IMG/VR virus record: IMGVR_UViG_3300023174_000097
Span: 39,707-103,706 of that record
Length of the DNA stretch: 64,000 nucleotides
Strand: one strand, 5' to 3'
Source of the DNA: a virus
Of the stretch, positions 28,349 to 37,178 are shown one piece after another. The position numbers and the translations under genes are program-made. Position 1 is the stretch's first letter, and each line of letters starts with the position of its first letter. The notes under the pieces were generated by a model. The model made no database searches, was not told the origin of the DNA, and was given only the letters and a program-made list of their open reading frames with translations.

Positions 28349-29183
28349 ACATAACAAAAAAAGAAACACTGCTTTCCTTTACGAAGTTATTGTTCGTGAA
28401 ATAACAAACTCAATTTTAGAAAAAAATACAAATAAAAAAGATTTTTTATTAAAAGTTTGTAAAGCTTTTTTTTCTAAAAATTCAATCTTAAAAGAAGAAT
28501 TAGAATTATATAAAGTAATTAACGAAACAAAAAACTTAGAAGCTTCTGTTGCTGAAAAAATACTAAAAGAAGCAAAATATCAATATGAAATGCTTGATAA
28601 AAATAAAATATTTAATCAACAAACTAAATTAATAAATATTTTAAATAAATTTTCTGATGGTAGAGTTTTTTCTACTTTTGTACCGGATTATAAAAATCTT
28701 GCCTCAATATCACAAATATTTAATAATACTGTACCAATAAAAGAAAAAGTTTTATTAGAAAATACAATTATTCACAAAATGTCTTCTTCTGAAGAGCAGG
28801 TAGAAAAAGAAAAACTACAAAATCTTGACGCATTAACTTATAAACTTTTCGTAAAGAAGTTTAACGAACAGTATGGCAATGAACTTCTCTCAGAACAAAA
28901 AGAACTTATAACAAAATATGTAATGAGTTTTTCTGATAATGGTATTGAATTTAAGCTTTATTTAAATGATGAAATACAAAGATTAAAAGAAAACTTAAAG
29001 ACTTCTCTTAACTTAAAACAAATAAATGAAGACAAATTCTTAAAAGATAAAACTAATCTTGTTTTACAAAAAGTAGAAAATTATAGGAATACCTCTATTG
29101 ATGCTTCAATGATAAAAGAAGTTTTGAAGATACAAAGCCTTGTAAAAGAAATTAATTTTGAGGATAAACAAACAAATGGCTGA
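28338..29183 (+). CDS. Conserved head-cluster protein
   Basis: KHNKKRNTAFLYE N-terminus; overlaps the portal stop. Confidence 0.6.
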   Translation: MKNKHNKKRNTAFLYEVIVREITNSILEKNTNKKDFLLKVCKAFFSKNSILKEELELYKVINETKNLEASVAEKILKEAKYQYEMLDKNKIFNQQTKLINILNKFSDGRVFSTFVPDYKNLASISQIFNNTVPIKEKVLLENTIIHKMSSSEEQVEKEKLQNLDALTYKLFVKKFNEQYGNELLSEQKELITKYVMSFSDNGIEFKLYLNDEIQRLKENLKTSLNLKQINEDKFLKDKTNLVLQKVENYRNTSIDASMIKEVLKIQSLVKEINFEDKQTNG

Positions 29184-29751
29184 TAATATTAACGTTACAG
29201 TAACAGATACAGATCCACAGCCAGATCAAGGTTTAGATCAGGGCGAAGAAGAACAAAAAAAGCCGCCCATAAATTTTAGTGTAAGTTTAAAAGCAAGAAG
29301 AACTCTTGATGGTAATATTATTATTTCAGATCACCCAGATGTTGATATTGTTGTAATGCCCGAAAAAATGAGAGTTATTGCTTTCTCAAAAGACAATTTT
29401 GACGATCATATTTATCAAACACAAGATAGATTGATGAAATACCTTATTAAAAAAGGTGTTGTTGTATTTGATAGCGTTGTTGGTGGAAATGTTTATGGTT
29501 CTATGGAAGCAAAAATAATAAAGCCAATTCAAGAAATACCTATTGATAATCTTATGTTGATGCTGGTTTCCAAATGGATAGATCAAGAGAAGCCATCCTT
29601 TGTATATCAGAAAGCAATTGATGATATTTATACAGACAGAATGACAGAGCCAGAAGATAAAGACAGTACAGAACTCGGCAGAGTCAAAGCAGCAAAAGAA
29701 AAAGGCTCTGTACCAATTCATCAAGTTCGTCGTTATGCATATGGTCTATAA
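29176..29751 (+). CDS. Hypothetical head-cluster protein
   Basis: ATG 29176 follows GAGGA. Confidence 0.6.
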   Translation: MADNINVTVTDTDPQPDQGLDQGEEEQKKPPINFSVSLKARRTLDGNIIISDHPDVDIVVMPEKMRVIAFSKDNFDDHIYQTQDRLMKYLIKKGVVVFDSVVGGNVYGSMEAKIIKPIQEIPIDNLMLMLVSKWIDQEKPSFVYQKAIDDIYTDRMTEPEDKDSTELGRVKAAKEKGSVPIHQVRRYAYGL

Positions 29752-30059
29752 TGGATAAGATCGTTGTATTCATTTTAAGTTGTGCTGGCTTAACGCAAAT
29801 ACTGTGTTATGCCAGCATACTTAATTGGATAAGACCAAAGAATGGATTACTTGGTGAATTATTCCGCTGCAGTATGTGTACCGGATTTCATGTTGGATAT
29901 ATAAATTTTATGATTTTCTGGTATGCTGGCGTTCATCTGTTTCCACATTTTTATATTGGAACGTTTATTTATGGCTTAGTATCATCGTTTTGCAGTTATA
30001 TTTTAGATAAAAGTTTTAGCGATGAAGGAATAGTTATAAATTTGAAGAACAAAGGCTAA
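29751..30059 (+). CDS. Small membrane protein with CxxC (DUF1360-like)
   Basis: About 3 TM segments; GELFRCSMCTGFHVG. Confidence 0.55.
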   Translation: MDKIVVFILSCAGLTQILCYASILNWIRPKNGLLGELFRCSMCTGFHVGYINFMIFWYAGVHLFPHFYIGTFIYGLVSSFCSYILDKSFSDEGIVINLKNKG

Positions 30060-30090
30060 TTAGAGAATATTTATAGGGTACGAGGTTTAT

Positions 30091-30216
30091 ATGAATTTAG
30101 TAAATCAAAATGTTAGAAAGTGGTTTCTTCCACAAACCAATACAAGAAACTGTTGTAAAGGAAGCCATACCATGCGGGTTGCGCCCGCATTATTCAATTT
30201 AGTTGAGGAATTATAA
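30091..30216 (+). CDS. 41-aa Cys-Cys peptide (not in ORF track)
   Basis: MNLVNQNVRKWFLPQTNTRNCCKGSHTMRVAPALFNLVEEL*; late motif at 30066, GAGG SD, stop abuts the next ATG. Confidence 0.55.
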   Translation: MNLVNQNVRKWFLPQTNTRNCCKGSHTMRVAPALFNLVEEL

Positions 30217-30768
30217 ATGAAAGTTTCAAAAGAACAATTACAAAAGATTATAAAAGAAGAAATAAGTCACATGCAACAAGAGGGCGAAGTTGATGAAGCC
30301 CTTGGAACATTTTTGAAGTCTCTTGGTGGCGGTGTAAAAGATGTAGCCAAATCAGCAGTTTCCGGAGTCAGTGGTGCTATAAGTGCAGCACAAGAAGCAA
30401 GCAAAAAAGCTGATCAAGAAGCTGAAAAAGCAAAACAAGAAGCAAAACTTGCTGCTGAAAAGGTTAAAACCGAATCTGATGTTGAAGCAGTCATCAACAC
30501 CGCTCTCAAACAAGTAACAGGCGCAGTTGAATCTTTAAATAGCTTAATGTTAAAGATGAAAGAATTAAACATGTCTGTTAAAGAAGCAGGTCTTGATCTT
30601 CCCATGGTACTACAGCAATTAAAAACAGCTCGTTCAGCATTATTTCATGGTGGCAAAAAATCACAACCACTTGCAAAAGGTCAAGGCCCAAAAGACTTTC
30701 AAGCTGGAGATAATCGCCCACAAGCACCAATACGCGGCGCTCGCATAAGAGAAGACGAACAAGAGTGA
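30217..30768 (+). CDS. Putative internal head/core protein
   Basis: MKVSKEQLQKIIKEE tag; [VIL]xE sites. Confidence 0.55.
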   Translation: MKVSKEQLQKIIKEEISHMQQEGEVDEALGTFLKSLGGGVKDVAKSAVSGVSGAISAAQEASKKADQEAEKAKQEAKLAAEKVKTESDVEAVINTALKQVTGAVESLNSLMLKMKELNMSVKEAGLDLPMVLQQLKTARSALFHGGKKSQPLAKGQGPKDFQAGDNRPQAPIRGARIREDEQE

Positions 30769-30773
30769 TATAA

Positions 30774-31769
30774 ATGTCCCTTACCAAACAGCAATTAAAG
30801 CAAATTATTGAAGAGGAGTTTATCAATCTCGTTAACGAAGAAGAGATTGATGAAAAACTATTTGATAAATTAAAAAGCTTTGGTAAGGGGTTGCTTGGAA
30901 AGACAAAAAATTCTCTTTTTGGTCTCCCACAACCTCGTGCAGCCGGTGGTGTTGGAAAATGGTATGCAACATATAAAGAACCTCAACAACCACAAGAACC
31001 AGAACAGCCAGAAAAACAAAAAGCAACAACAGCATTAGATCTGGTTCGTCCAGGATTTGAACATACACCAGATTCTGATATATATGATACAGAATTTAGT
31101 AAAACCGGTCACAGATATAAAGATCAGTCAAGATTGCCAACACGACCTGATTCAAAACAACTAAATCCATATAAAAAACCAGTTGACCCTGTTCCTGCTA
31201 CACGTCAGTTATCATCACCGGATATACAGCAACCTAAAATGCTTAAAAGTCCGGATGAAATAACAACTTCGGCAGAGCATGGTGAAACAGTTACTCCAAG
31301 TGATACAAAGAATGTGGTTGAATTATTAAACAAATATAGAGCAGATTTGAAACCTCTAAATATACCAGAAAGAGAAGTAGATTTAGTTGTTGGATATTTA
31401 ATAGCCAATAATCGTATTCTTGTTAATCCAACAAGAGTTCCAAAAGCACCAGAATCACAAGATGCTGAAGTTTTTCAAGAAATAATTTCACCTTCTTATC
31501 AGCAAGGAGAAATCTCTTTTGATACTTTAGATAATTATATACGGAATTTACGTGATTTTTTTATAAAAGAAAAAAATATTCAAATTCCATTAATTCATAT
31601 TCATGCAATTATGAAATCAATTTACGATGATGGACGCCTTGCAATAAGTCATCAAAAATTAAGAAAAATGGGACAAAAATTTCCAGATATAAAACTAAAA
31701 GAATCCAAATCTTATAAATCGTTTTACAATAATTGGAAAAGGTATACACAAACAGGAGTTAAAATATGA
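30774..31769 (+). CDS. Putative internal head protein
   Basis: MSLTKQQLKQIIEEE tag; Pro/Gln-rich linker. Confidence 0.55.
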   Translation: MSLTKQQLKQIIEEEFINLVNEEEIDEKLFDKLKSFGKGLLGKTKNSLFGLPQPRAAGGVGKWYATYKEPQQPQEPEQPEKQKATTALDLVRPGFEHTPDSDIYDTEFSKTGHRYKDQSRLPTRPDSKQLNPYKKPVDPVPATRQLSSPDIQQPKMLKSPDEITTSAEHGETVTPSDTKNVVELLNKYRADLKPLNIPEREVDLVVGYLIANNRILVNPTRVPKAPESQDAEVFQEIISPSYQQGEISFDTLDNYIRNLRDFFIKEKNIQIPLIHIHAIMKSIYDDGRLAISHQKLRKMGQKFPDIKLKESKSYKSFYNNWKRYTQTGVKI

Positions 31770-32368
31770 ACAAATTTTTATTAAGAGAATATTTTGAACT
31801 CTGTGAAGGCGGTGTCTGTCAAGATTTATTGACAGAATCGGAAAAAGTATTTGTTAAAGGTGGCGGCATGATGCTCACAGGTGTTATGCAAAGAGCAGAT
31901 GCAAAAAATGGCAATGGTCGTGTCTATCCCGAAAACATCCTTCGTCGCGAAGTAGAAAACTATAAGAAACTCGTTACAGAAAACCGTGCTCTTGGAGAAC
32001 TAGATCACCCAGACGAGTCTGTAATCAATTTAAAGAACGCATCTCATATTGTTACAGATATTTGGTGGAATGGAAAAGATGTTATGGGCAAAGTTAAAGT
32101 ATTAACAACTCCATCTGGCCAAATACTTAAATCACTTGTTGAAAGTGGTGTTAAACTTGGCATTTCAAGTCGTGGTCTTGGAAGTGTAAAAGAAAAATCT
32201 GGCCTAACTTATGTGGAAGATGATTTTCAACTTATTTGTTTTGATTTCGTAAGCGAACCATCAACAGTAGGTGCTTTTATGGGCTTAAGTGAAAGTAAAA
32301 AAGCTCCTAATATATTCAACAAATCAGACAAAATAAATCGTCTGTTAAACGATATTATAGGTGATTGA
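31766..32368 (+). CDS. Prohead core protease (T4 gp21-like)
   Basis: NGNGRVYP, ALGELDHP, SHI, GISSRGLGS, DFVSEPS. Confidence 0.95.
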   Translation: MNKFLLREYFELCEGGVCQDLLTESEKVFVKGGGMMLTGVMQRADAKNGNGRVYPENILRREVENYKKLVTENRALGELDHPDESVINLKNASHIVTDIWWNGKDVMGKVKVLTTPSGQILKSLVESGVKLGISSRGLGSVKEKSGLTYVEDDFQLICFDFVSEPSTVGAFMGLSESKKAPNIFNKSDKINRLLNDIIGD

Positions 32369-32805
32369 TGAAAAAGAGCGAATTAAAAGAAATTATTAAA
32401 CCAATTGTTCAAGAATGTGTCAAGGAAAGTGTTGAAGAAATACTCCTTGAAAGTGGTTTATTGTCTGCAGTTATAAAAGAAGTTATGAAAGGTGCATTAC
32501 CAATGCTTACAGAAGCAAAACAAACAGTGCCCGTTCAGCAACAACCAAAACAACAAAATAATGAACTTCTTGAACAAATGAAGCGAGATAGAGAAGAAAC
32601 GACAAGCGAGTTTAGAAAACAAAACTCAGAATTCAGTAAATCTTTATCCATGAAAGTTGGAAATGTTGATGTGTTTAAAAATACAACACCAGCACCAGCA
32701 AGTGTACAAGAAAGTGTGGCAAATCCTCTCGGTGGAGTAGCACCAAACGATCCGGGTGTAGATATAAGTAAATTATTTGGTAGAAAGAAATTTAATGTCA
32801 TCTGA
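32365..32805 (+). CDS. Hypothetical head-cluster protein
   Basis: MKKSELKEIIK N-terminus related to the shared tag. Confidence 0.55.
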   Translation: MMKKSELKEIIKPIVQECVKESVEEILLESGLLSAVIKEVMKGALPMLTEAKQTVPVQQQPKQQNNELLEQMKRDREETTSEFRKQNSEFSKSLSMKVGNVDVFKNTTPAPASVQESVANPLGGVAPNDPGVDISKLFGRKKFNVI

Positions 32806-32822
32806 CATTATATGAGGCAAAA

Positions 32823-33026
32823 ATGAAAGTTAGTTTAGATGAAGTCGACGGCAACGTTGAAAAGATGATAAAAAAGTTTTTAAAGAAAACTAAAAAAATG
32901 AGAATTATTGAAGATTGTTTTGATCGCAGATATTACATCAAGCCTTCACAAGTAGAACATACAAAAAATAGATCAAAAACAAGAGCATTAGAAAAAGAAA
33001 AAGCATCTCTTCCAAAAGAGGAGTGA
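32823..33026 (+). CDS. rpsU: Phage-encoded ribosomal protein bS21 (divergent)
   Basis: 67 aa, basic; NVEKMIKKFLKK...II.D...RRYYIKPS matches the bS21 pattern E.AL+RFK+...R..YEKPS. Confidence 0.72.
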   Translation: MKVSLDEVDGNVEKMIKKFLKKTKKMRIIEDCFDRRYYIKPSQVEHTKNRSKTRALEKEKASLPKEE

Positions 33027-33029
33027 TTA

Positions 33030-33332
33030 ATGGCTAAAATAACCATTAAAGAAAATCAGATTTCAAGTTCTGCTGGGATTATTGTTCCCAGCGACTTGTC
33101 TATTTCTGGTTCTTTAATGGTTTCTGATATATTAGTTGATGCAGTTACTGTTAGCACAAACGTTCTTGTTAACGAAGATTTAGAGGTATTAAGCAATATA
33201 AAATGTTTAAACGTTTCTTTTTCTGCTAGTAATTCAGAGTGTTGGTCTGGATTGAATCCTGCAACACTTGGAGAAGCAATAAATCGTATTGCTTTATTTT
33301 TAAAAACTGTTACAAGTAGCTCAATACCTTGA
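33030..33332 (+). CDS. Short fibre-like virion protein
   Basis: C-terminus FSASNS..W.G..P.TL.EA.NRIA is shared with 10500..11933. Confidence 0.55.
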   Translation: MAKITIKENQISSSAGIIVPSDLSISGSLMVSDILVDAVTVSTNVLVNEDLEVLSNIKCLNVSFSASNSECWSGLNPATLGEAINRIALFLKTVTSSSIP

Positions 33333-33446
33333 TTGCCTTTTACTCGTCTGAAACGGCATAGATTTTAATAAAAATTAATACTAATTATTATCACATTATC
33401 AACCTTGTGTTGGTATGTGTTTTCTTTATTTAGGAGATTTTTTATT

Positions 33447-36425
33447 ATGTCAACAAAACAAAAAGGTTTTGCGGTTATCTCTGGTTCTAGCACAGTAGTT
33501 GCTAAAATCATGGAAAACGGCACAGTCGTATTCGGTGATCAAAAACCAGTTAACATGCGTGTTAGTGGTACACTCGTACTTGATCTACAAGGTCAAGCAG
33601 GTGGTACCGGCAAAGTTATCCATGTTGATAGCAATGGTTCAGCATCATTTGCTAAAGTTTCAGCAGCAAATGTTACAACCAGCGATGGTGGTGACGTTCA
33701 AGCAACATTAAACAACTTAAGCAGTAGTTTATCAAGCGAAGCTTCATCACGCGTAAGCAGTGATGCAAGTTTAGTTAGCAAGATCAATAGTGATGTTGCA
33801 AGTTTAATTGATGGTGCTCCAAGTGTTCTTGACACACTCAAAGAACTAGCTAATGCCATTAGTGGTGACGCAAACTTCGTTCAAACCGTATTCAGTCGTG
33901 ATACAAGTTTAGCAACTGCAATTTCAAATGAAGCTTCCGCTCGTGTTGCTGGTGATGCAAGTGTAACCACTGCATTATCAACACAAGTTTCAAGTGAAGC
34001 TTCAAGAGCTACCGCTGCTGAAGGTTCATTAGCTACTGCATTAAGTAATGCAATTTTAAGTGAAGCTTCAAGCCGTGTTGTCGGCGATGCAAGTGTTGCA
34101 ACCGCCTTCTCAACAGCAGTTTCAGCCGAAGCAAGTATTCGCGCTGCAGCAGATGCTTCACTAGCAAGTGATCTAAGTTCAGAAGTAATTGCACGTGCAA
34201 ATGCAGTTAGTTCAGAAGCTTCATTACGTGTTGCTGGCGATGCAAGTGTAACAACAGCACTTACAAGTGCTCTATCAACTGCAGTATCTTCAGAAGCCTC
34301 AAGTCGTGTTGCCGGTGACAATTCACTATCAGCAAGAATTGATGCTATTGACAGTATGCAAACTGTTGATCTTGCTTCAATCGAAACACGTCTTTCAAAC
34401 GAAGAAGTTCGTGCAGATTCAGTTGAATCAGCAATCAGTGCAGATCTAAGTTCTGAAACTGTTCGCGCAGAATCAGCAGAAGCTGTTCTACGCAATGATC
34501 TTAGTGTAGAAGTTGTTGCTCGTGCATTAGGTGATGCAAGCTTAACAACACGTTTATCAGGCGAAGAAGTTCGTGCTGCTTCAGTTGAAGCTGTCCTAAG
34601 TGCAGACCTACGTAGCGAAGCTTCACGCGCCGCTTCAGTAGAAGCTGTACTTGCTGGAAGAATTGATAATGTTCTATCAAACACCGATCCAGCTGCTCTT
34701 GATTCATTAGCAGAAATTGTTAATGCTTTCCAAAGTGCAGATGGTAGTGTTGATGGTGCAATTTCAAGTCTTGCAACTGGCTTAAGTGCAAGTATTTCCT
34801 CAGAAGCTTCACGTGCTGTAGTTGCTGAAGGTAGTCTTGCTACGCTAATCAGTGCAGAACAATCACGCGCTGAAAGTGTTGAAGCAGTATTAACTGCTGC
34901 TGATAGCACAGAAACTGCACGTGCTCAAAGTGCAGAAGCTAGCTTAGATAGTAAAGTATCAACTGAAACTGCCCGCGCACAATCAGCTGAAAACTCACTA
35001 GCAAGTGCCTTCTCAACAGCTGATGTTTCATTATCAACAAAAATTGACAATGAAGCTTCAATCCGTGCTGCTGCCGATGCTTCATTAGCAAGTAAGATTG
35101 CTGCTGATGTATCAACAGAAGCTGCTGCTCGTGCTTCAGCCGACGCATCATTAGCTTCAGACCTTTCTGATGAAGTTGCTGCACGCGAAGCTGCTGTTTC
35201 AACAGAAGCCTCATTACGTGTTGTTGGCGATGCAAGTGTTGCTGCTGACCTAAGTAGTGAAATTGTTGCACGTGCAAGTGCAATTGATAATGAAGCAAGC
35301 ATTCGTGCTGCTGCTGATGACAGTCTAGAAGCCGCACTTTCAACAGAAATTGTTGATCGCGCTGCTGCTGTCTCAACAGAAGCTTCATTACGCGTTGTCG
35401 GTGACGAAAGCGTTGCAGTTGCTCTAAGTAGTGAAATTGTTGCACGTGCAAGTGCAATTAGCAGCGAATCATCAAGTCGCGTTGCTGGTGATAATTCATT
35501 AGCAAGTGCAATTGCTACAGAAAAAGGCAGAATTGACGCAATACTCAGTGGTTCCACTGCTGATCTAGATCAATTTGCTGAAGTTGTTGCTTATGTTAGT
35601 AGTTTAGATACAACACAAGCTGGTGTAATTATCAGTAGTGTTGCTTCTCTAAACGCAAGTGCATCAACAGAAGCTAGTACACGTTCCGCAGCTGATACAA
35701 GCTTAACAAGCCGCCTATCAACTGAAGAAGTTGCACGTGCTTCAGCAGATACTTCATTAGCAAGTGCTCTTTCAAGTGAAACTTCAAGAGCAACTGCAGC
35801 CGAAGGCTCACTAGCAACTGCTGTTTCAGCAGAAGCAAGTAGCCGCACTTCAGCAGATGGTAGCCTAACAAGCCGTCTATCAACTGAAGAAGGTCGTGCT
35901 GTTGCAGCTGAAGGTTCATTAGCAACTGCTGTTTCAGCAGAAGCTAGCGCACGTTCAAGTGCTGATGCAAGTCTAGCAAGTGCTCTTTCAAGTGAAGCAA
36001 GTGTTCGTCTCGCTGGCGATAACTCACTTGATGCACGTGTTGATACATTAGAAAGTGTCCTAATCATAGGTGCTGCTAATGAAATTGACATTAATGGTGG
36101 TGTAGGCGCTGTTGGTCTAAGTGGTACAATTACAATCGGTCTTCCAGACAACGTTACCGTTGCTGGCAACCTAACTGTAAATGGTAATGCTACACTCGGC
36201 GACAGTTCAGCTGATCAAGTAACAGTAAACGGTAAGTTCCAAGCTCCTAAGTTTACTGCTGCAACAATCCCAGCTGCATACCTAAGTGGCAATCAATCAG
36301 CACACAATGGACACATGTTCTACCTTGATGCTGCAAATGATGCAGTAGCTGCATTCCCACAAGGCCAGAAATGGTACTTCTGTGAAGGTGGCGAATGGTT
36401 CGCAAGTCCATTCTACGGCGTCTGA
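33447..36425 (+). CDS. Long Ala/Ser-rich coiled-coil fibre (~990 aa)
   Basis: ATG 33447 after AGGAG; many S[ST]EAS.R...D.SL repeats; three LD[TSQ][LF].E[LIV] hinge motifs. Confidence 0.8.
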   Translation: MSTKQKGFAVISGSSTVVAKIMENGTVVFGDQKPVNMRVSGTLVLDLQGQAGGTGKVIHVDSNGSASFAKVSAANVTTSDGGDVQATLNNLSSSLSSEASSRVSSDASLVSKINSDVASLIDGAPSVLDTLKELANAISGDANFVQTVFSRDTSLATAISNEASARVAGDASVTTALSTQVSSEASRATAAEGSLATALSNAILSEASSRVVGDASVATAFSTAVSAEASIRAAADASLASDLSSEVIARANAVSSEASLRVAGDASVTTALTSALSTAVSSEASSRVAGDNSLSARIDAIDSMQTVDLASIETRLSNEEVRADSVESAISADLSSETVRAESAEAVLRNDLSVEVVARALGDASLTTRLSGEEVRAASVEAVLSADLRSEASRAASVEAVLAGRIDNVLSNTDPAALDSLAEIVNAFQSADGSVDGAISSLATGLSASISSEASRAVVAEGSLATLISAEQSRAESVEAVLTAADSTETARAQSAEASLDSKVSTETARAQSAENSLASAFSTADVSLSTKIDNEASIRAAADASLASKIAADVSTEAAARASADASLASDLSDEVAAREAAVSTEASLRVVGDASVAADLSSEIVARASAIDNEASIRAAADDSLEAALSTEIVDRAAAVSTEASLRVVGDESVAVALSSEIVARASAISSESSSRVAGDNSLASAIATEKGRIDAILSGSTADLDQFAEVVAYVSSLDTTQAGVIISSVASLNASASTEASTRSAADTSLTSRLSTEEVARASADTSLASALSSETSRATAAEGSLATAVSAEASSRTSADGSLTSRLSTEEGRAVAAEGSLATAVSAEASARSSADASLASALSSEASVRLAGDNSLDARVDTLESVLIIGAANEIDINGGVGAVGLSGTITIGLPDNVTVAGNLTVNGNATLGDSSADQVTVNGKFQAPKFTAATIPAAYLSGNQSAHNGHMFYLDAANDAVAAFPQGQKWYFCEGGEWFASPFYGV
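33700..36050 (+). repeat. Degenerate coding repeat array of 18-aa and 11-aa units
   Basis: For example SSEASSRVAGDNSL, STEASLRVVGDASV, SSEIVARASAI. Confidence 0.8.
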
Positions 36426-36451
36426 TATAATAGTTTTTAATTAAATTATTG

Positions 36452-36480
36452 ACCGGCATCCTTCGGGGTGCCGGTTTTTT
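36452..36480 (+). terminator. Intrinsic terminator with a cUUCGg loop
   Basis: accggcatcc-ttcg-gggtgccggt followed by a T-run. Confidence 0.9.
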
Positions 36481-36549
36481 ATTGTTAAATGCTATTTATT
36501 TGGTTAAAACGATGTTTTAAGTGATATTTAGTGAAGAAGCGAGTAAAAA

Positions 36550-37101
36550 ATGATCAAAGGCTTAAGCGTAGTCAATGGAACAACGCACATCCACAAATTA
36601 TTGAATAATGGTGTTGCAAGTTTCAGTGGCTCTGTTCAGATAACTGGAACATTATTACCTGAAGGTGATGCTGTAAGAACAATAGGTTCTTCAGAAAATA
36701 GATGGGCAGACGTATACGCACAACAAACAACAGTTGGTGCTATATTTGAAACAGGTTTTACTACTAAAGGTATAGGAGAATATCCTACTGGAACAGTTGT
36801 TGTGTGGGAATCTGGTAAAATCACACCTTGTACAGTCAAAGAAGATAATAGGGTTGTTGGCGCTATATTAAATGGTAAAGATCAACCAATAATATTAGGT
36901 GCTGAATATGTTTTAGTTACCGGTAAAATCAAAGAAGGTGATTGGATAGTTACAAGCGATAAAATTGGTCATGGTTGTGCTGCTGAAACCAAGAGTAAAT
37001 TGGGCTTTAAAAGAGATTTATTTGGTAAAGTAATAGGTCAAGCTCTTGAAGATTCAGACGGAGACAGCAATTTAATTAAATGTTTTATTAAGAAGCTATA
37101 G
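36550..37101 (+). CDS. Fibre-associated protein with a peptidase G2/IMC-like chaperone domain
   Basis: YPTGTVVV...VVGAI...LG...VTGKIKEGDWIVTS...G...VIGQALE; N-terminus resembles that of the long fibre. Confidence 0.55.
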   Translation: MIKGLSVVNGTTHIHKLLNNGVASFSGSVQITGTLLPEGDAVRTIGSSENRWADVYAQQTTVGAIFETGFTTKGIGEYPTGTVVVWESGKITPCTVKEDNRVVGAILNGKDQPIILGAEYVLVTGKIKEGDWIVTSDKIGHGCAAETKSKLGFKRDLFGKVIGQALEDSDGDSNLIKCFIKKL

Positions 37102-37178
37102 TTTTCAGCATATTTGTGGTATCTTGTAGAGAATATAACTATTTATTTGAGTAAAAGTGTATTTTAGGAGTATTTTTA

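Noticed and set aside
33881-36169. Long minus-strand ORFs (342, 210, 192, 172 aa) opposite the fibre gene
   Set aside because: Shadow ORFs produced by the repetitive Ala/Ser codon pattern; no SD or promoter seen.
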